In this document: piece by piece, positions 1 through 12,800 of the stretch
How the letters are laid out: each line of letters starts with the position of its first letter
Numbering within the stretch: the first letter of the stretch is position 1
Source: Phoronis australis
Taxonomy: Eukaryota > Animalia > Phoronida
Length of the DNA: 64,000 nt
Assembly: GCA_002633005.1 (NCBI GenBank)
Contig: NMRA01000832.1
Span: 64,861 to 128,860, forward strand
Direction: 5' to 3'
The notes under the pieces: model-generated
Databases searched by the model: none
Seen by the model: the letters and a program-made list of their open reading frames with translations, nothing else
What the model was told of the DNA's origin: nothing
Position numbers and translations under genes: made by a program

Positions 1-884
1 TTATAAGTGCACCTCTTTGAAATGTTTTGGCGAGACAGAAAAGATTCTCAGACTTTGACAAATTGGTAAGCCAGATTTAGCCTGTGGTACAAAACGTTTT
101 TGTCGTTTCGTACAAAATTACTTAATGTCAGTCCTTGACGAATTTGAATCCGCACACAGCGCGCCATCGGAATAAAACGGGGAAGAAATGAGTTGGAATT
201 TTTTAATGGAACTCGTCCCGTTTCTGGGTCCAAAAATTCCCCTCACACAATAAAACCGGTCCTCGAAGTTGGAATCACTTCACTTCACACGGAACGTCGG
301 CATCACTGAGATAGATTTTATTTTATGATCGACATATGTCCCGAATAATAGATAAATGATACGTGCGTCGCAAGCTCGTTACCAGAGAGAGGGCCTTCTT
401 CATCCTTGACTTCACCATATTGTTCTTGTCGTGTTGAAATCTGACAAGATGCGTTGCATGCAATCTAAGTTCAGGACTAGTGCCCGAGGGGGAGCGAAAT
501 ATAATGTCAGTAAACGTGCCTTTCCAAACATTTTCCACTCTGAATACAACAGAACTGTGAACCTTAAAGAGCAACTACTCGGTAAATTGTCACTAAATGA
601 CGACACTTCGTGGCGAAAAAGTGAAATTTGTTTTTTTAAGTCATTTCTTTCAAAAATGATTCAGCAAACGGAAATAAATGCTTCGTAATTTTCAAGTTCT
701 GTGCCATGCTAGCTACAGATTTCGTTTTTGATACATTTTGGACATTCACAACCACATGTTAGAAGCCTATGAAATTAAAGTGAGATCAATTTTGACAATT
801 CATTATTCAGTCGGAATAGTGAGATTTTACCCCATCTCATGGGCGTCAACCCCCCTGCGGCGCATCGCCTATAGATCATGTGGG

Positions 885-943
885 ATAGCACTGAAAAAAG
901 TGGGGGCTATAGCCCTCCCAGCCCGCTATGGTGCGCCGCCCAT
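885..943 (-). repeat. MITE-end fragment; related mini-element at 51461-51529
   Basis: gcactgaaaaaagtgggggctatagccc...ctatggtgcgccgcccatg is the reverse complement of most of 51461-51517. Confidence 0.65.
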
Positions 944-2524
944 GCATCTGCCTTGTACACGGTCCAACACCACGAACAAAGTTCTTCTGCAACTACTCCA
1001 TTACGTCCATATTAATTGTCTCAATAAGTGTGTGTTTATGGTGTTTTGTCTCTGTGTCTAGTTGCCAAGAGCCAAGTGGCAGCCTCGGCAGCGACAGATG
1101 ACTGAAGCTCATGCAGTCTCGTCAGTCTTGGCCGAGTTCCATGATGGGTGAGCGGAAACCAACTGCAGGCCAGCGTAAGTTAGCATTTCACATGGAGTCT
1201 TAGTGCATGTGTCGGCGCGTTCTCGGGGGTTAAGCTCGCGTTGTACTTTGGCCGGGCAGTGCATAAACTGGAGTGTGATAATACACTCCAAGGGGTTTAA
1301 TGTGTTGCAATAAAACTCGAGCTAGCTCATGCTTGAAAAGTGTCAACTATTCTGTGATAGAGTTTCAGTCCAAGTTTACACTTGGGAACCAAAGGGTACT
1401 ATCTACAAACTCGGGTAAATACTCGACATTTCAGTCGCAGGGCGAGCTGCAGACTCATTTGCTACAGCCATCAAGTGCGAACATTTATCCAAGTAAACCA
1501 TGTTGCAAGTAGCCACAATCTTGAGTTCGAACAAGAGTGGAACGAAACAATACATGTCTAAAATAATTTCAAGTTCCAGTCGATTTAGAGTATGAAGATT
1601 GTAGCCCGGACCCTAATGAACTTATGCAGACGCCGGGGTTCTGTCATGAATTGGCCGCTCGAGATTGTTCAGCATTTGCTGATCGTAAACAAATAGTAAA
1701 GCGTCTGGATCTGCTGTGGTGTGCTGTTAGTCGACCATCACAGTGAGGATGACCCATAGTAACTAACAACAATCCCACTGTAATTATGACGTATGTACAA
1801 AAATGTAAAACAAAAAGCTCTGCAAGAATTTACTGCTAAAATGTAACTTGTATGAAATATGAAGTTGTGGTGTCCTTTCATTCCGCTAACGATGATGGTA
1901 ATTTTCAAAACAAGATACGCGGACCTTATCCATGGTATATTGCTTGCTCATGCAGTCTCACATTACAACTAACTCCCGTTCACGTTGACATCCAAAAATT
2001 GTTGAGTCACGACAAAGTAGTTACGTCTGCTGCAGTGCACTAGCTCTTTCTCAGCGAGAGGACGGCATCGTAAGCCATTTGCCGAAAAAGCGACTTGCCA
2101 TTGTTACGGGTCTTCTCAGGGCTGTCGGCCAGTCAACTTATAGCTGGGTGGCTTACTGAGCTGACGTGCTCTACCTGCAGCTTCGTTGTCCCGTGTTCGG
2201 TGGCAAGAGACACGCTCGAGTTATGTCGGGCGCTTGAGTTAGAAAAAATAAATTCTCAAAATCAATTCTTATGTCCCGTTTCCCAGTCACTGTGACAAAG
2301 CCAGGTGTTTTACGTCTTTGTAACCTATAAAACTGCACAAAGGATTCAATGAATTGATTAGTATTCTAACGGGTTTGTCAACGGACTATTGTGACATGTG
2401 AATAACCGTGCACCAACTGTTTGTGGTCACACTTTTAAAATTAAAATTGTAAATTTATCTTCTTGATGACGTACGGTAGCCTTGGCGCACAACTGTACAC
2501 TTGCGCCGATGTTGGTAACTTAAA

Positions 2525-2870
2525 GTGGCCAAAAATATCTAAAATTAGTGTCGTTAAAAATTACACTTTTCCTTGAGTAAACTAAATTATTTAGCGGTGT
2601 TGGAAAATTGGCGTTCTCAGTACCGTTATTCTGCTGCTAAAATTGTGATGCGATTGCGTCAGCTTTCGGCGCCATGAATTAAATATAGCGTCAGCCACCC
2701 ATAGGCCAGGCTCTTCTTCTCCGACTATGTGTTCTTCCTACTCGCGGCTGCGTACATGTCACAACAAATTATCGGAACCGACTGGTTTCAATTGTTACTA
2801 TTCTTATACCAGTAAACCGAATTTCAGAACAAACTTTGATGCTCAGAAGCTGTCCTCATCCCATTGTCTT
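2525..2870 (+). repeat. Dispersed repeat (probable non-autonomous DNA transposon); second copy at about 11236-11585
   Basis: Collinear blocks aaaattagtgtc.ttaaaaa, gtaaactaaattattta, attctgctgctaaa, gtcacaacaaattatcgga shared by both loci. Confidence 0.75.
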
Positions 2871-4579
2871 TTCCTGTCGTCTCTCAATTATGCTGATCTC
2901 TTTGCACCATTTCACTTCTGCCTCAAAATATTTAGCCAGGTTTTTTTGCACTCTTTCATAGAAAAGTTCTTATGGCATTGACACGGCTAGTAGAAAGTAC
3001 TTATGGCATTGACACGGCTTGAATAGAAAGCAGTGGAATGACTAACCATTTCGCAGTACAATTAGCCACCATTGATCTAAAATACATTATATACCAAAGT
3101 TTTCTAACTTTTGAACTGTTATACTGTCCTAGTTATACATTATTTTACCTGAAACTCCCATAAACGTATCGACTCGCGACTAAATGCATTCTAGTATTGA
3201 AGGATGCAAAGAACATTCCTGTGATCAGGGCACGGAGTTTTTCAGGTTATTAGACGAACACTTATGAGCTAATAGATGCTAAACTGTAAACAAATAAATA
3301 AAAGGTATCCCGGTAATTCCTGGATCTGTGGAAAACTCAAGTTAGGCTCTAATTAAGTTTCGATTATTTTTTGCGAAAAGTCACATGGCAATGTTGGTTG
3401 TCTAGTGGAATAGATTACTTACTCTTTCCTGGTCTTGATATCATTCACTCGATAATTCGACATGTCTTCGACAATTTTTACTGGCAAATTATCGTACATG
3501 CTCGAACTTTCTTCAACAGCTGACATTTTAGCACTACCAATGGGTAAACTAGTACCGATCAGTAGCAATGCGCGTTACTTTACGGAATGAAGCGCTCTTA
3601 CGACACAGTATGTGACGTAAATGTACTATGACGTAAAACCGTGACGTCAAAAAGAGAAACTTGTTTGACAGGGAAGAATTATCTTGGATAAACAGTAAAC
3701 ATAACAACCACCATGCAATATCACAATAATTTAGTAAACAATACCACCAAGTATTGGCAAGCAAACTATTGGGGCACATCTCTTCACGGGATTAGGGGCT
3801 ATCAGTTTTGACAGAGTTCCCAGAATTGAGCATAGTCGTCAAGGTAAACTTAGGGATATCATAGCAAAGATCTCGCATTACCAGGAACGGAGTAAGTCGC
3901 ACGAACGTGGTCAAGCCGATGAAATTTCAAAGGGAACAACTATAACGAAAACGAAATTTTCCCTCGAGATGCGGTAGTAAGAAGAAAGCGCCTTGCGCAT
4001 ATTTTGGAAGAGTTAAAAGCCCATTCTGATGTGACAACATCTGTTCAAGGACAAGATACATATTGACGGTAATATTTTTTTCAGTTGAAACCATAAGTGA
4101 ATTACCCTCTTTCTTACAGGATCAGGCACGTTAATGACGTAACAGAAAAAATCTATGATCTTCATCAGGAACAGTTAACTGTTGAGCGCCGGTGTGTGTA
4201 TAATAGTAAATAATTTAGCATTAATCTGGGAAGTGTGTTGGACTTCAGCGGCTTGCCTCGACAACTTGAAGCACACACTATTCTTCTAGATACAGTGGAA
4301 CACGAGTGGCTTCAGTGTAATCGCGGGCTATGGGGTCTGTCAATGATGCCTTGCGTTCAAGGATAGCGCTTTTGGGTAAGCGCTTCCGATTGTTAAATAC
4401 TGCTGCTGAGGCGACCCACTTCATGCGGGAGCTTGGTTCTATAACCAATAGTTTCGTGAACTCCGCGGCTCATCCGCGACTCTCTGGCACACCAAAACCA
4501 ACAGCGGGGTTCAAACCTCCCTCACGTTCCAACAGCCCTTCCTCCGTCCCCAGGTGAGATCCACCACAACCCCTTACCA

Positions 4580-5150
4580 TGCACTCCAATAAATGCCGAC
4601 TCTTTTAAAGTCTCCCTTCAAGTTTACAACTTATTCGTTACTCAGCACATTATCGACGGGTTCACTCACAGACCTGGTTCTCGTGCCTAAAAATGAGTCC
4701 AGCAAATTCCGTCGAATCCACAACCTCTCTTACCCCTCCCGCGGATCATGGCCGCGCGATTAGTGCCTTCTATCCATTTAACCGAGGTCCAATACCATTT
4801 GGTCAAAACCACCATCGCCTCCACTCTTTCACCCGGTGGCAACTCTGTTATGGCCGAGGCCGACATCAGGGATGCATTCCGTTTGGTTCTCGCCCACCGC
4901 CTACAAATTCCTAGGTTTCAATACTGTTACGACCGCTGCCTTCATCTTGCAATATCGTCTAACATATCAGCACATCGTTCCAGTGGATCATAGAACCAAA
5001 ATTCCAGGCTCGACGACTTCTTCACTGATCTTCCGAACCCCACCAAATGTTCATCTCTTTTTGCAACCCTGTTCCTCCATCGGCGTCCCTGTCAATAGGG
5101 CGAGACATAGGTGAGACCAGCTGCCCTCTTCACACGGGTCTTAATGGATA
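4580..5150 (+). mobile_element. Degenerate DIRS/Ngaro-type (tyrosine-recombinase class) retrotransposon RT fragment
   Basis: Frameshifted motifs TPIN, IIDGF, LVPKNESSKFRRIHNLSYP, MAEADIRDAFRLV, YKFLGF, YCYDRCL and LDDFF in the order typical of YR-retrotransposon RT. Confidence 0.8.
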
Positions 5151-6157
5151 CCGTAAAGCTAAGTATCCGTGTCGGTTCATCATCTGTTTCTACATTGTCT
5201 AAGACGGTACCGTACTAATATTTGCTGCTGGCTCCTCTTCTTACAACATTTCAGCGAAAATCCTCCCTTCTCTTCGATGGGCATGTAGATAAAGTTTTTC
5301 GTTTGCACAATGACATGTATAATGTCTCGTGGGATATTACTTCATCTACGTTCCTAGATCTACGCCACTCTCGGTACGTGTTTTGTATTCACCCTGTTTA
5401 TGATGCCATCCTTAAGGAGGGAAAATTTCAAACCATTCGAAGAAATCGGGACTTGTTCACGTGAAGCACGGCAGCATAAGACATGCTGACCAAGAAACCA
5501 GAAATACGAGATTGTATTAAAAAGCAATAACATTTTAACCACCATGGAAAAGATTCAAGCTTGAAGAACCTGTAAACCACTGTGAATTGCATATAGCCAA
5601 TACCCTCGCTGGTTTATAACGAGAAGAATGTTTACACCTTTTCCAAAGAATTTAAAGAATAGTGTTAACTTTTTTTTGAAAATGATTAAGAAAGCATTGT
5701 TCCTAAGAGACTCGCAGGTGAGCATCAGCCGGTTGAGGACACGATTTTTACTAGCCATGGTCACTGTAGCTGTCTCACGGATTAGGGTAGTCACCAGCGT
5801 ATGAGTTTTAGGTGGGGGGGGTCAGGGAGTTAACTGGGGGGTGGTGAAATTCTCCTACACCCCCAACCAAATTCCCCACCATTGATTTCATCCCCTTGTG
5901 TATCCTTCTTTTATGATTCCATCGGATGCTATGCCTAACTTTTCCTTAATTTTTGTCCAAATTTAGGGAGGGGGGAAACAATTGCCCCATTGCTCCGAAC
6001 CTAATACATTTATGGATGTAACCCAATTCAGTTGCAGTTCATTATAGGTGATTTCATGCCCCAAGGGACATCCTCTTCTAAGCCACACTTTGGGATGCAA
6101 CTCTAGCACCTGTATTTCTATCTGAGTAAAGACACGAGGCAACGATTAAAATAATAA

Positions 6158-6163
6158 TTTATT
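6158..6163 (-). terminator. Putative polyadenylation signal of TANGO1
   Basis: AATAAA on the minus strand about 315 nt after the stop codon. Confidence 0.55.
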
Positions 6164-6476
6164 CAGCTCCATGGTATGTACAAACATTTACACCTTTATA
6201 TACAGAATACCATAACTACTTGACGTATTCGCTGTATGTATGTGAATGAAGGAAAACTTTAAGACATGTTTGTGGCGTTTCAGCTCTCAAACTATCATGT
6301 GACCATAAAATGCCCAGTAAAGAAATGCTCCTTAAAAACATACCCCTATATCTAAAACCTGTGAACTTGTTTAACAAATCTTTTCCAACAACAAAATGCT
6401 GTTCACATATTCTTTAATAGTAGACTTGAATCCATAGCACCATTATATAGCTATTGAGCTAATGAACCCTCAGTCA

Positions 6477-6870
6477 TTAATATCTAGGAGGGGGTCTTCG
6501 TAATGCAGCCCTTTTATCTCTGGGTGAGGGTGACCTTGAGTTACGGGGTGACGGTGACCTGGAATAACGAGGCGACGGTGACCTGGAATAACGAGGTGAC
6601 GGCGATCGTGAATACCTCTGTCTTCCTGGTGATGGAGACCGACTGTATGGTCTGTAATGATCTGATGCCCTTGGGCTTCGTCGTCCGCGGTAGGGACGGT
6701 CAGCCTCTGGAGACCATGACCGGTCCCTTGACCTCCCTGAGGGTGGTGTTCGTCCCTCAACGAACATGGGTGGTGGCGGGGGTGGAGGGGGTGGCGGATG
6801 CATGAAAGGAGACCTCATCATCATTGGAGGCGGTGGCATCCACGCATTAGGTGGTGATGTCACTGTGTCC
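6477..6870 (-). CDS. MIA3: TANGO1 terminal exon (poly-Pro + RS/SP repeats, stop TAA)
   Basis: tgtttcag acceptor in phase 2; DTVTSPPNAWMPPPP...YSRSPSPR repeats...PPPRY*. Confidence 0.88.
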
Positions 6871-9800
6871 CTGAAACAATCGAGCAGAAGTCATGGACCA
6901 ATGAGCAATTTCGTTTTTAAGTTATAAGATAGTCAAGATTGCGACATGATCTAGGTGAATGTTCAACAGCAGTGTCTGTATGTTTTGACTTAAGTCACTC
7001 AGCTACTGCAGTCCCACACACCTAACACTGGCCAAGATTGAGAATTTCGCATTAGCTGTAGCTTCCCAGTAATCTAGGCAAATTTCATTGTTCAGGTGGT
7101 CTACAAGAGACGCCTAGTATTGAGGTGAATAGGGAGGTCAGGCTCAACTTTGCGATGCTGTTGCTAATAAATAAAGTCAAAAACACACAGGTTACACTTA
7201 CTAATTCTTCCCACATTTCATGTCAAAAATTCAAAAATGTCTTTTTTTTTGTTTTTCTAAGGCTATTTGCTGAAAACGATCAAACCTGCAAAATGTTGTT
7301 TTAAGGTAGTACGTGCCTCTATTTCTCTCAAAGAATTCTAATTAAAAATATCCGCTGTGCATGAAACAAAATGAGGTTTTCAAATAAAATTAATTTCATA
7401 CAAATAGTTATTTTCTTGTGAAAAAAGCCAATTTTGAAAGGGTGTTACAAACACACCCAGTTTGTTTACACGCAACCTGTCAATCATGTCAGAAGTGGCA
7501 GGTTAGTATTCAACGTACTACTTCACAGTAGCGAACATTTTGTCCCGTGTGCACCCCATCTTTTTGGTCACATCACGTTACCTCATGAATATAAGTCCGT
7601 GATGTAACCAAAAAGATAGCATGCTGCCGGAACAAAATGTTCGCAACATATTTCCATGCCTCACTGATATATTTATACACACAATGGAGATCAAGGGTAA
7701 GATGCCCACTACTAAGTCTAATAAGATTTCTGTGTTTGACCAGTGGTCCCGATGGCTCAGTGGCTAGAGCATCTGTACGTTTAGCAGAAGGTCCTGAGTT
7801 TGTGTCCCGGTCGGGGGCAGAAACCTTTTCGGAATTATTTATATCCATTAGGTCATGTGATGTGACCAAAAAGGTGGCGTGCTGACAGGACAAAATATTC
7901 GCAACATATTTCCAAGCCTCACTGAAAAAGATATATTAACATACATACATCACAGTAAAGATTGACAAGAATACTCGTCACCACTTCATACCTGTTTCCT
8001 AGGCCAGGTGAGGGAGCTGCACCGGATGTCCTTGACCCTGGTCTGTCATTAGGTGCATGTGGTCTCACTGGTCCATTGGCTAAAAAATTGAAAAGGGTAG
8101 GCGTTGATGAAGCATTTGCTTGCTTGACTGACACCTATTTCCATTGTTCAGTAGATAACAGTCATTACCTGATTAACGTGCAAACGGTGACCAAGACAAC
8201 ACATTGCATGCATCACAAACGATAAATACTTAATAAAGTCGATTTAGTATAAATACAATTATACTTCAAGTTGCACGTGTATTTTATGTTTGATCTCAGT
8301 CACAAATTGACTGTATTTGTGTTAATCTTAAGGCTATACATTTTGTCATAATACAATTCAAAACAACTTTTAAAAATATTTGACAGGGTTTTTGTTCACA
8401 ATAGGCAGTACATACCATTAGTGAATCCTCCAGGCGAGGATACTCCAGAGGGCGGTAAGAAGCTGGGTGGAAGCGTCCCTGGGGGTATAGCTCCTGGGGG
8501 TGGGGGTATGGCTCCTGGGGGTATGGCTCCTGGGGGTATGGCCCCTGGTGGAAGGTTGAGTGGAGAATTTGGCATGTGAGCGAAGGGGTGCTGCGCTTGA
8601 GGGCGGAGGAGCTCCTCGTTAGACTGTGACAGAGCCTTTGTTCTTTCCAACTCTGTTAGTCTGTAACAGCAAACCACGCAAGGTAGAGTGCAGCCAAATT
8701 TGAAAAAAATTCACTAATTTTACTTTCATTACAACTGCGGATAAAATTGGGAAAGAAATCGACAGGGAGTTACAATCAACAATGATCAATCACTGGAGAA
8801 CAAGCGCTTGCCACAAATGACTCAACTGTCTCAAGTCTCCTCAGAATGTATAATGAATTTTTATGGCCATGCTTTAGCGACAATGAATTTTATGTCTTGA
8901 GATAGGCCAGGTGAATGCCTCTGAAAAACTTATGTAGAAGACCCATGCAGCACTAAATAGGTCAATCCGAAAATACAAACTTCAAGTCAACGATGGTGAA
9001 TCATTCTATTGAAACAACTAATAAACTGCATTTCGTTTATAATTTTATCACGCGTAGTTAAGAAAGCTAATTTGTGGTATCAAAAAGTCAAGAGATCCCT
9101 TCAAGAACATAAACCAATACAATGGCTTCCATAGATGGCGCTACTTGTGGCTACTCATATTCTCACAGTGATCACTGATTCCTAACACTTTAAAAAATTG
9201 AAAATACGGTCGCATGAAATGACAAAGTTTCATTACAGCACATGGTGTAGTTACACGTTTGAAAATAGTATCACCAACCTATCAATTAAACTAAGAAATG
9301 AAAAATAAAATATTGAATGCACAAATATTCATACTAAGTAGCCATGGTAATAATATGAGTAAGACTGGAAAATGTAAAAAAAAATTTGGCCTACTTTCGA
9401 ACATCCCCATCTCAGAAATAGCGTGTCAGATTCAAAATGAATAGTTTCAGAACAAAACTAACCACCATGAGGTGATGCTTAACTGAGGTGTGATGCTTAA
9501 CTGAGGTGTGATGCTTAACTGAGGTGTAATGCTTAACTGAGGTGTAATTTTTAACTGAGGTGTAATGCTTAACTGAGGTGTAATGCTTAACTGAGGTGTA
9601 ATGCTTAACTGAGGTGTAATGCTTATCTGAGGTGTAATGCTTAACTGAGGTGTAATGCTTAACTGAGGTGTAATGCAGGCGAAATCTTGTAATTAGTAAA
9701 AGTGCCACTCAACTTCTTGACTTTCTTTTCACTTTCGTTCCACTCTAACATGGACGACTTAACGTGTCTTACCGTTTTCTCAGAGTGGTAGCCTCATTTT

Positions 9801-12800
9801 TGGCCTCTTCCAGCTTCCTCTGAGCATCGCGGGCGGCGAGCTGAAGGAGAGAGAGGTCCGTGTTTAGAGACATAGTGTGCACCAACGACTCTTCATAGCT
9901 GATCTCAAAACATGATCCCTAGCAAAGCTTCGCTCTACATTTTTGTTGCGAATTTTCTTGGGTTAATTAATTTCTTTCGTAATACCTGAACAGCAGCCGA
10001 TGCTCAGCAGGCAGAAGATGTAGACAACTATCTTGAGACACTAGTGAAACATGTAAAGTAATTATCTTGAGACACTAGTGAAACACGTACAGTAATTATC
10101 TTGAGACACTAGTGAAACATGTACAGTAATTATCTTGAGACACTAGTGAAACATGTACAGTAATTATCTTGAGACACTAGTGAAACATGTACAGTAATTA
10201 TCTTGAGACACTAGTGAAACATGTACAGTAATTATCTTGAGACACTAGTGAAACATGTACAGTAATTATCTTGAGACACTAGTGAAACATGTACAGTAAT
10301 TATCTTGAGACACTAGTGAAACATGTACAGTAATTATCTTGAGACACTAGTGAAACATGTACAGTAATTATCTTGAGACACTAGTGAAACATGTACAGTA
10401 ATTATCTTGAGACACTAGTGAAACATGTACAGTAATTATCTTGAGACACTAGTGAAACATGTACAGTAATTATCTTGAGACACTAGTGAAACATGTACAG
10501 TAATTATCTTGAGACACTAGTGAAACATGTACAGTAATTATCTTGAGACACTAGTGAAACATGTACAGTAATTATCTTGAGACACTAGTGAAACATGTAC
10601 AGTAATTATCTTGAGACACTAGTGAAACATGTACAGTAATTATCTTGAGACACTAGTGAAACATGTACAGTAATTATCTTGAGACACTAGTGAAACATGT
10701 ACAGTAATTATCTTGAGACACTAGTGCAACATGTACAGTAATTCTTGTGTATCTCAGAACCAACAGAACTGAAAGACTTTATTTGAGTAAGGTGAAATTA
10801 GACTTAATATAAAGGGCTAAGTGCACAAACTAAAACAACCGTACCAATGGATAATCGTCCGACTCATGCCAGTTTAAAAGGAATTTGTGGAGAATATCGT
10901 GTTAACTTATCTTCTTCGAAATGCAATAACACACCAACAGCGCTGATTTGAAGATACTTTGTGGGATTAAACCTTTTAACTTTGCCCAGTTTCACAAGAA
11001 ATGGATGAGCAACCTTACTAAACAACCGCCTCAGGCATTAAGCCCAATGGATACAGTAGACTCCAAGTGCTGGCACTCACCCAGGCATCATGAGATCGCT
11101 GTTCCTGCTCTACGGACTGAAATAAGAATAGAACCGAATAAGATGGTGAAAGAAAAGTATTAAAGAGAGTGAATAAAATCAAATGCAAGACGTTTGCTAG
11201 TAGTCAACAATGAATTGTCAAAAAAATGTAAAAAACTGGCCAAATAAAATCTGACACAAAATTAGTGTCATTAAAAATACACTTCATCTTCAGTAAACTA
11301 AATTATTTACTCGTGTTAGAAAAATAGGTGTTCTACCATTATTCTGCTGCTAAAGTAGTGGAACAATCTTATGTGTCAGTTTTCGGAGTGATGAATTATA
11401 GTGTCACCTGTTGGCCAGTTTCTTTTTTCACGGTTCTTTAACCAACTGTTCTTCTTCCACATGATTGTATGCACGTCACAACAAATTATCGGAGCTGGTT
11501 TCATTTTGATATAAATTTTTAGATTTGAAGCCAGCAAACCAAATTTCCAAACTAATTTTGCTGCCGTGAAGCTTCCATCATCTCCAGAGAGATGTCACAA
11601 AAAAATTGGGAAATGGCACCTATAAACGTCACGAGAGTACTGTTTTCAAAACAACGATAGACTTTTATTACAAAGACAGAGAATTATGCAAGAAAATGAC
11701 ACTTGTTGGATTGTTTTATACTTGAACAGCTGCAATGGGCAAAGTGAGTGTCCGTTGACTTCCAGATTTTGCATGCACCCTAGCCAGTCATTAGCTCTAC
11801 ATGTTGATATACGGTGCACGACGAGGTGACGAGCAGAACTACCTAGGGGCTGTGAAATTTTCAGGGTCTAATGGAGAACAACTCACAGAAATTCCTAGCT
11901 GTATTTTGATGATAGTCTTCATAAAGCTAGCTGACTGGCTAAGAAAATCATTGCCAAGTAAAGTGAAGTGCAGTAAATCCATACTTGGCCAGGAGTGCAG
12001 CTCATCAGGCTCATGCGTTGTGAATTTGATGAGATCACGTTAGCATCACAGTATCAGGGGTCCCGCATTTTGGAAACCAGTTCAATAACTGTTACCAAAG
12101 GCCAAAAATGGTTCTCAAAATGCGGGACCCCTGCAAGTGACAATTACCAATTTAAACAGTCAGTTACTTTTGAAAAAGATTGGACAACAATGCCAGAACG
12201 ATGAACAGCACTATGGCAGACCACTACGTATTCCCACGATAGAATAAGCCACGATTTATCAATGCAAGGGGTTAAGGTATGACCGCGGTAAGGAACATGC
12301 GCATACAACATCACAATAATAAGCCAGAACATGCAGGAGAGGCTCCCCTTAGCGACACCTACCCGTTTCCTGTAAGTATCGTCCAATTTCTCAATCTCCT
12401 TCTTCATGTCGGTCACCTGCTGCTTATAGACCAACATTTCCTGCTCCCTTTTCTGTGCCTTCTCTTCCGCTGACTGCACTGCATTGCCCGTCTGCTTCTT
12501 TAGTACCACGTGCTCTCCGAGTTGCCTGCAACCATAAGTGTCCTCATGTTTGAGAACGACTGATTGGTCGAACTGATTAAACAAATTTAAGGTTATGTAG
12601 GACTTTATCAAACAAGTTAAATATATTTAGCTAAATATCGACAAAAGGTAGATGTTTCAAGTCATTGAAAGCATATCATTTAGAGTAGGAAGCCTGCATA
12701 ATTTGATTTTTGTATCCATTGGGTCACGTGAACATGTCTTCTGCCCTGTAGAAGGGTCTAGGTATCCCAAATCACATACTAACAAATCATTAGCAAAATA

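Noticed and set aside
5200-5560. Possible decayed coding sequence on the minus strand
   Set aside because: Multiple stops and no motif I can recognise
6470-6805. Overlapping alternative-frame and antisense ORFs (RRLVIPGH and VTWNNE repeats)
   Set aside because: Shadows of the 24-bp coding repeat; the splice phase selects the RS frame
7746-7819. Functional tRNA gene
   Set aside because: Anticodon loop lacks U33 and purine 37, T loop lacks TTC, extra G in the acceptor stem; repeat-derived
9412-9708. 98 aa ORF with HYTSVK repeats
   Set aside because: Translation of an intronic 18-bp minisatellite
10029-10743. 34-bp partly palindromic repeats resembling a CRISPR array
   Set aside because: No unique spacers, no cas genes, eukaryotic intron; it is a plain minisatellite
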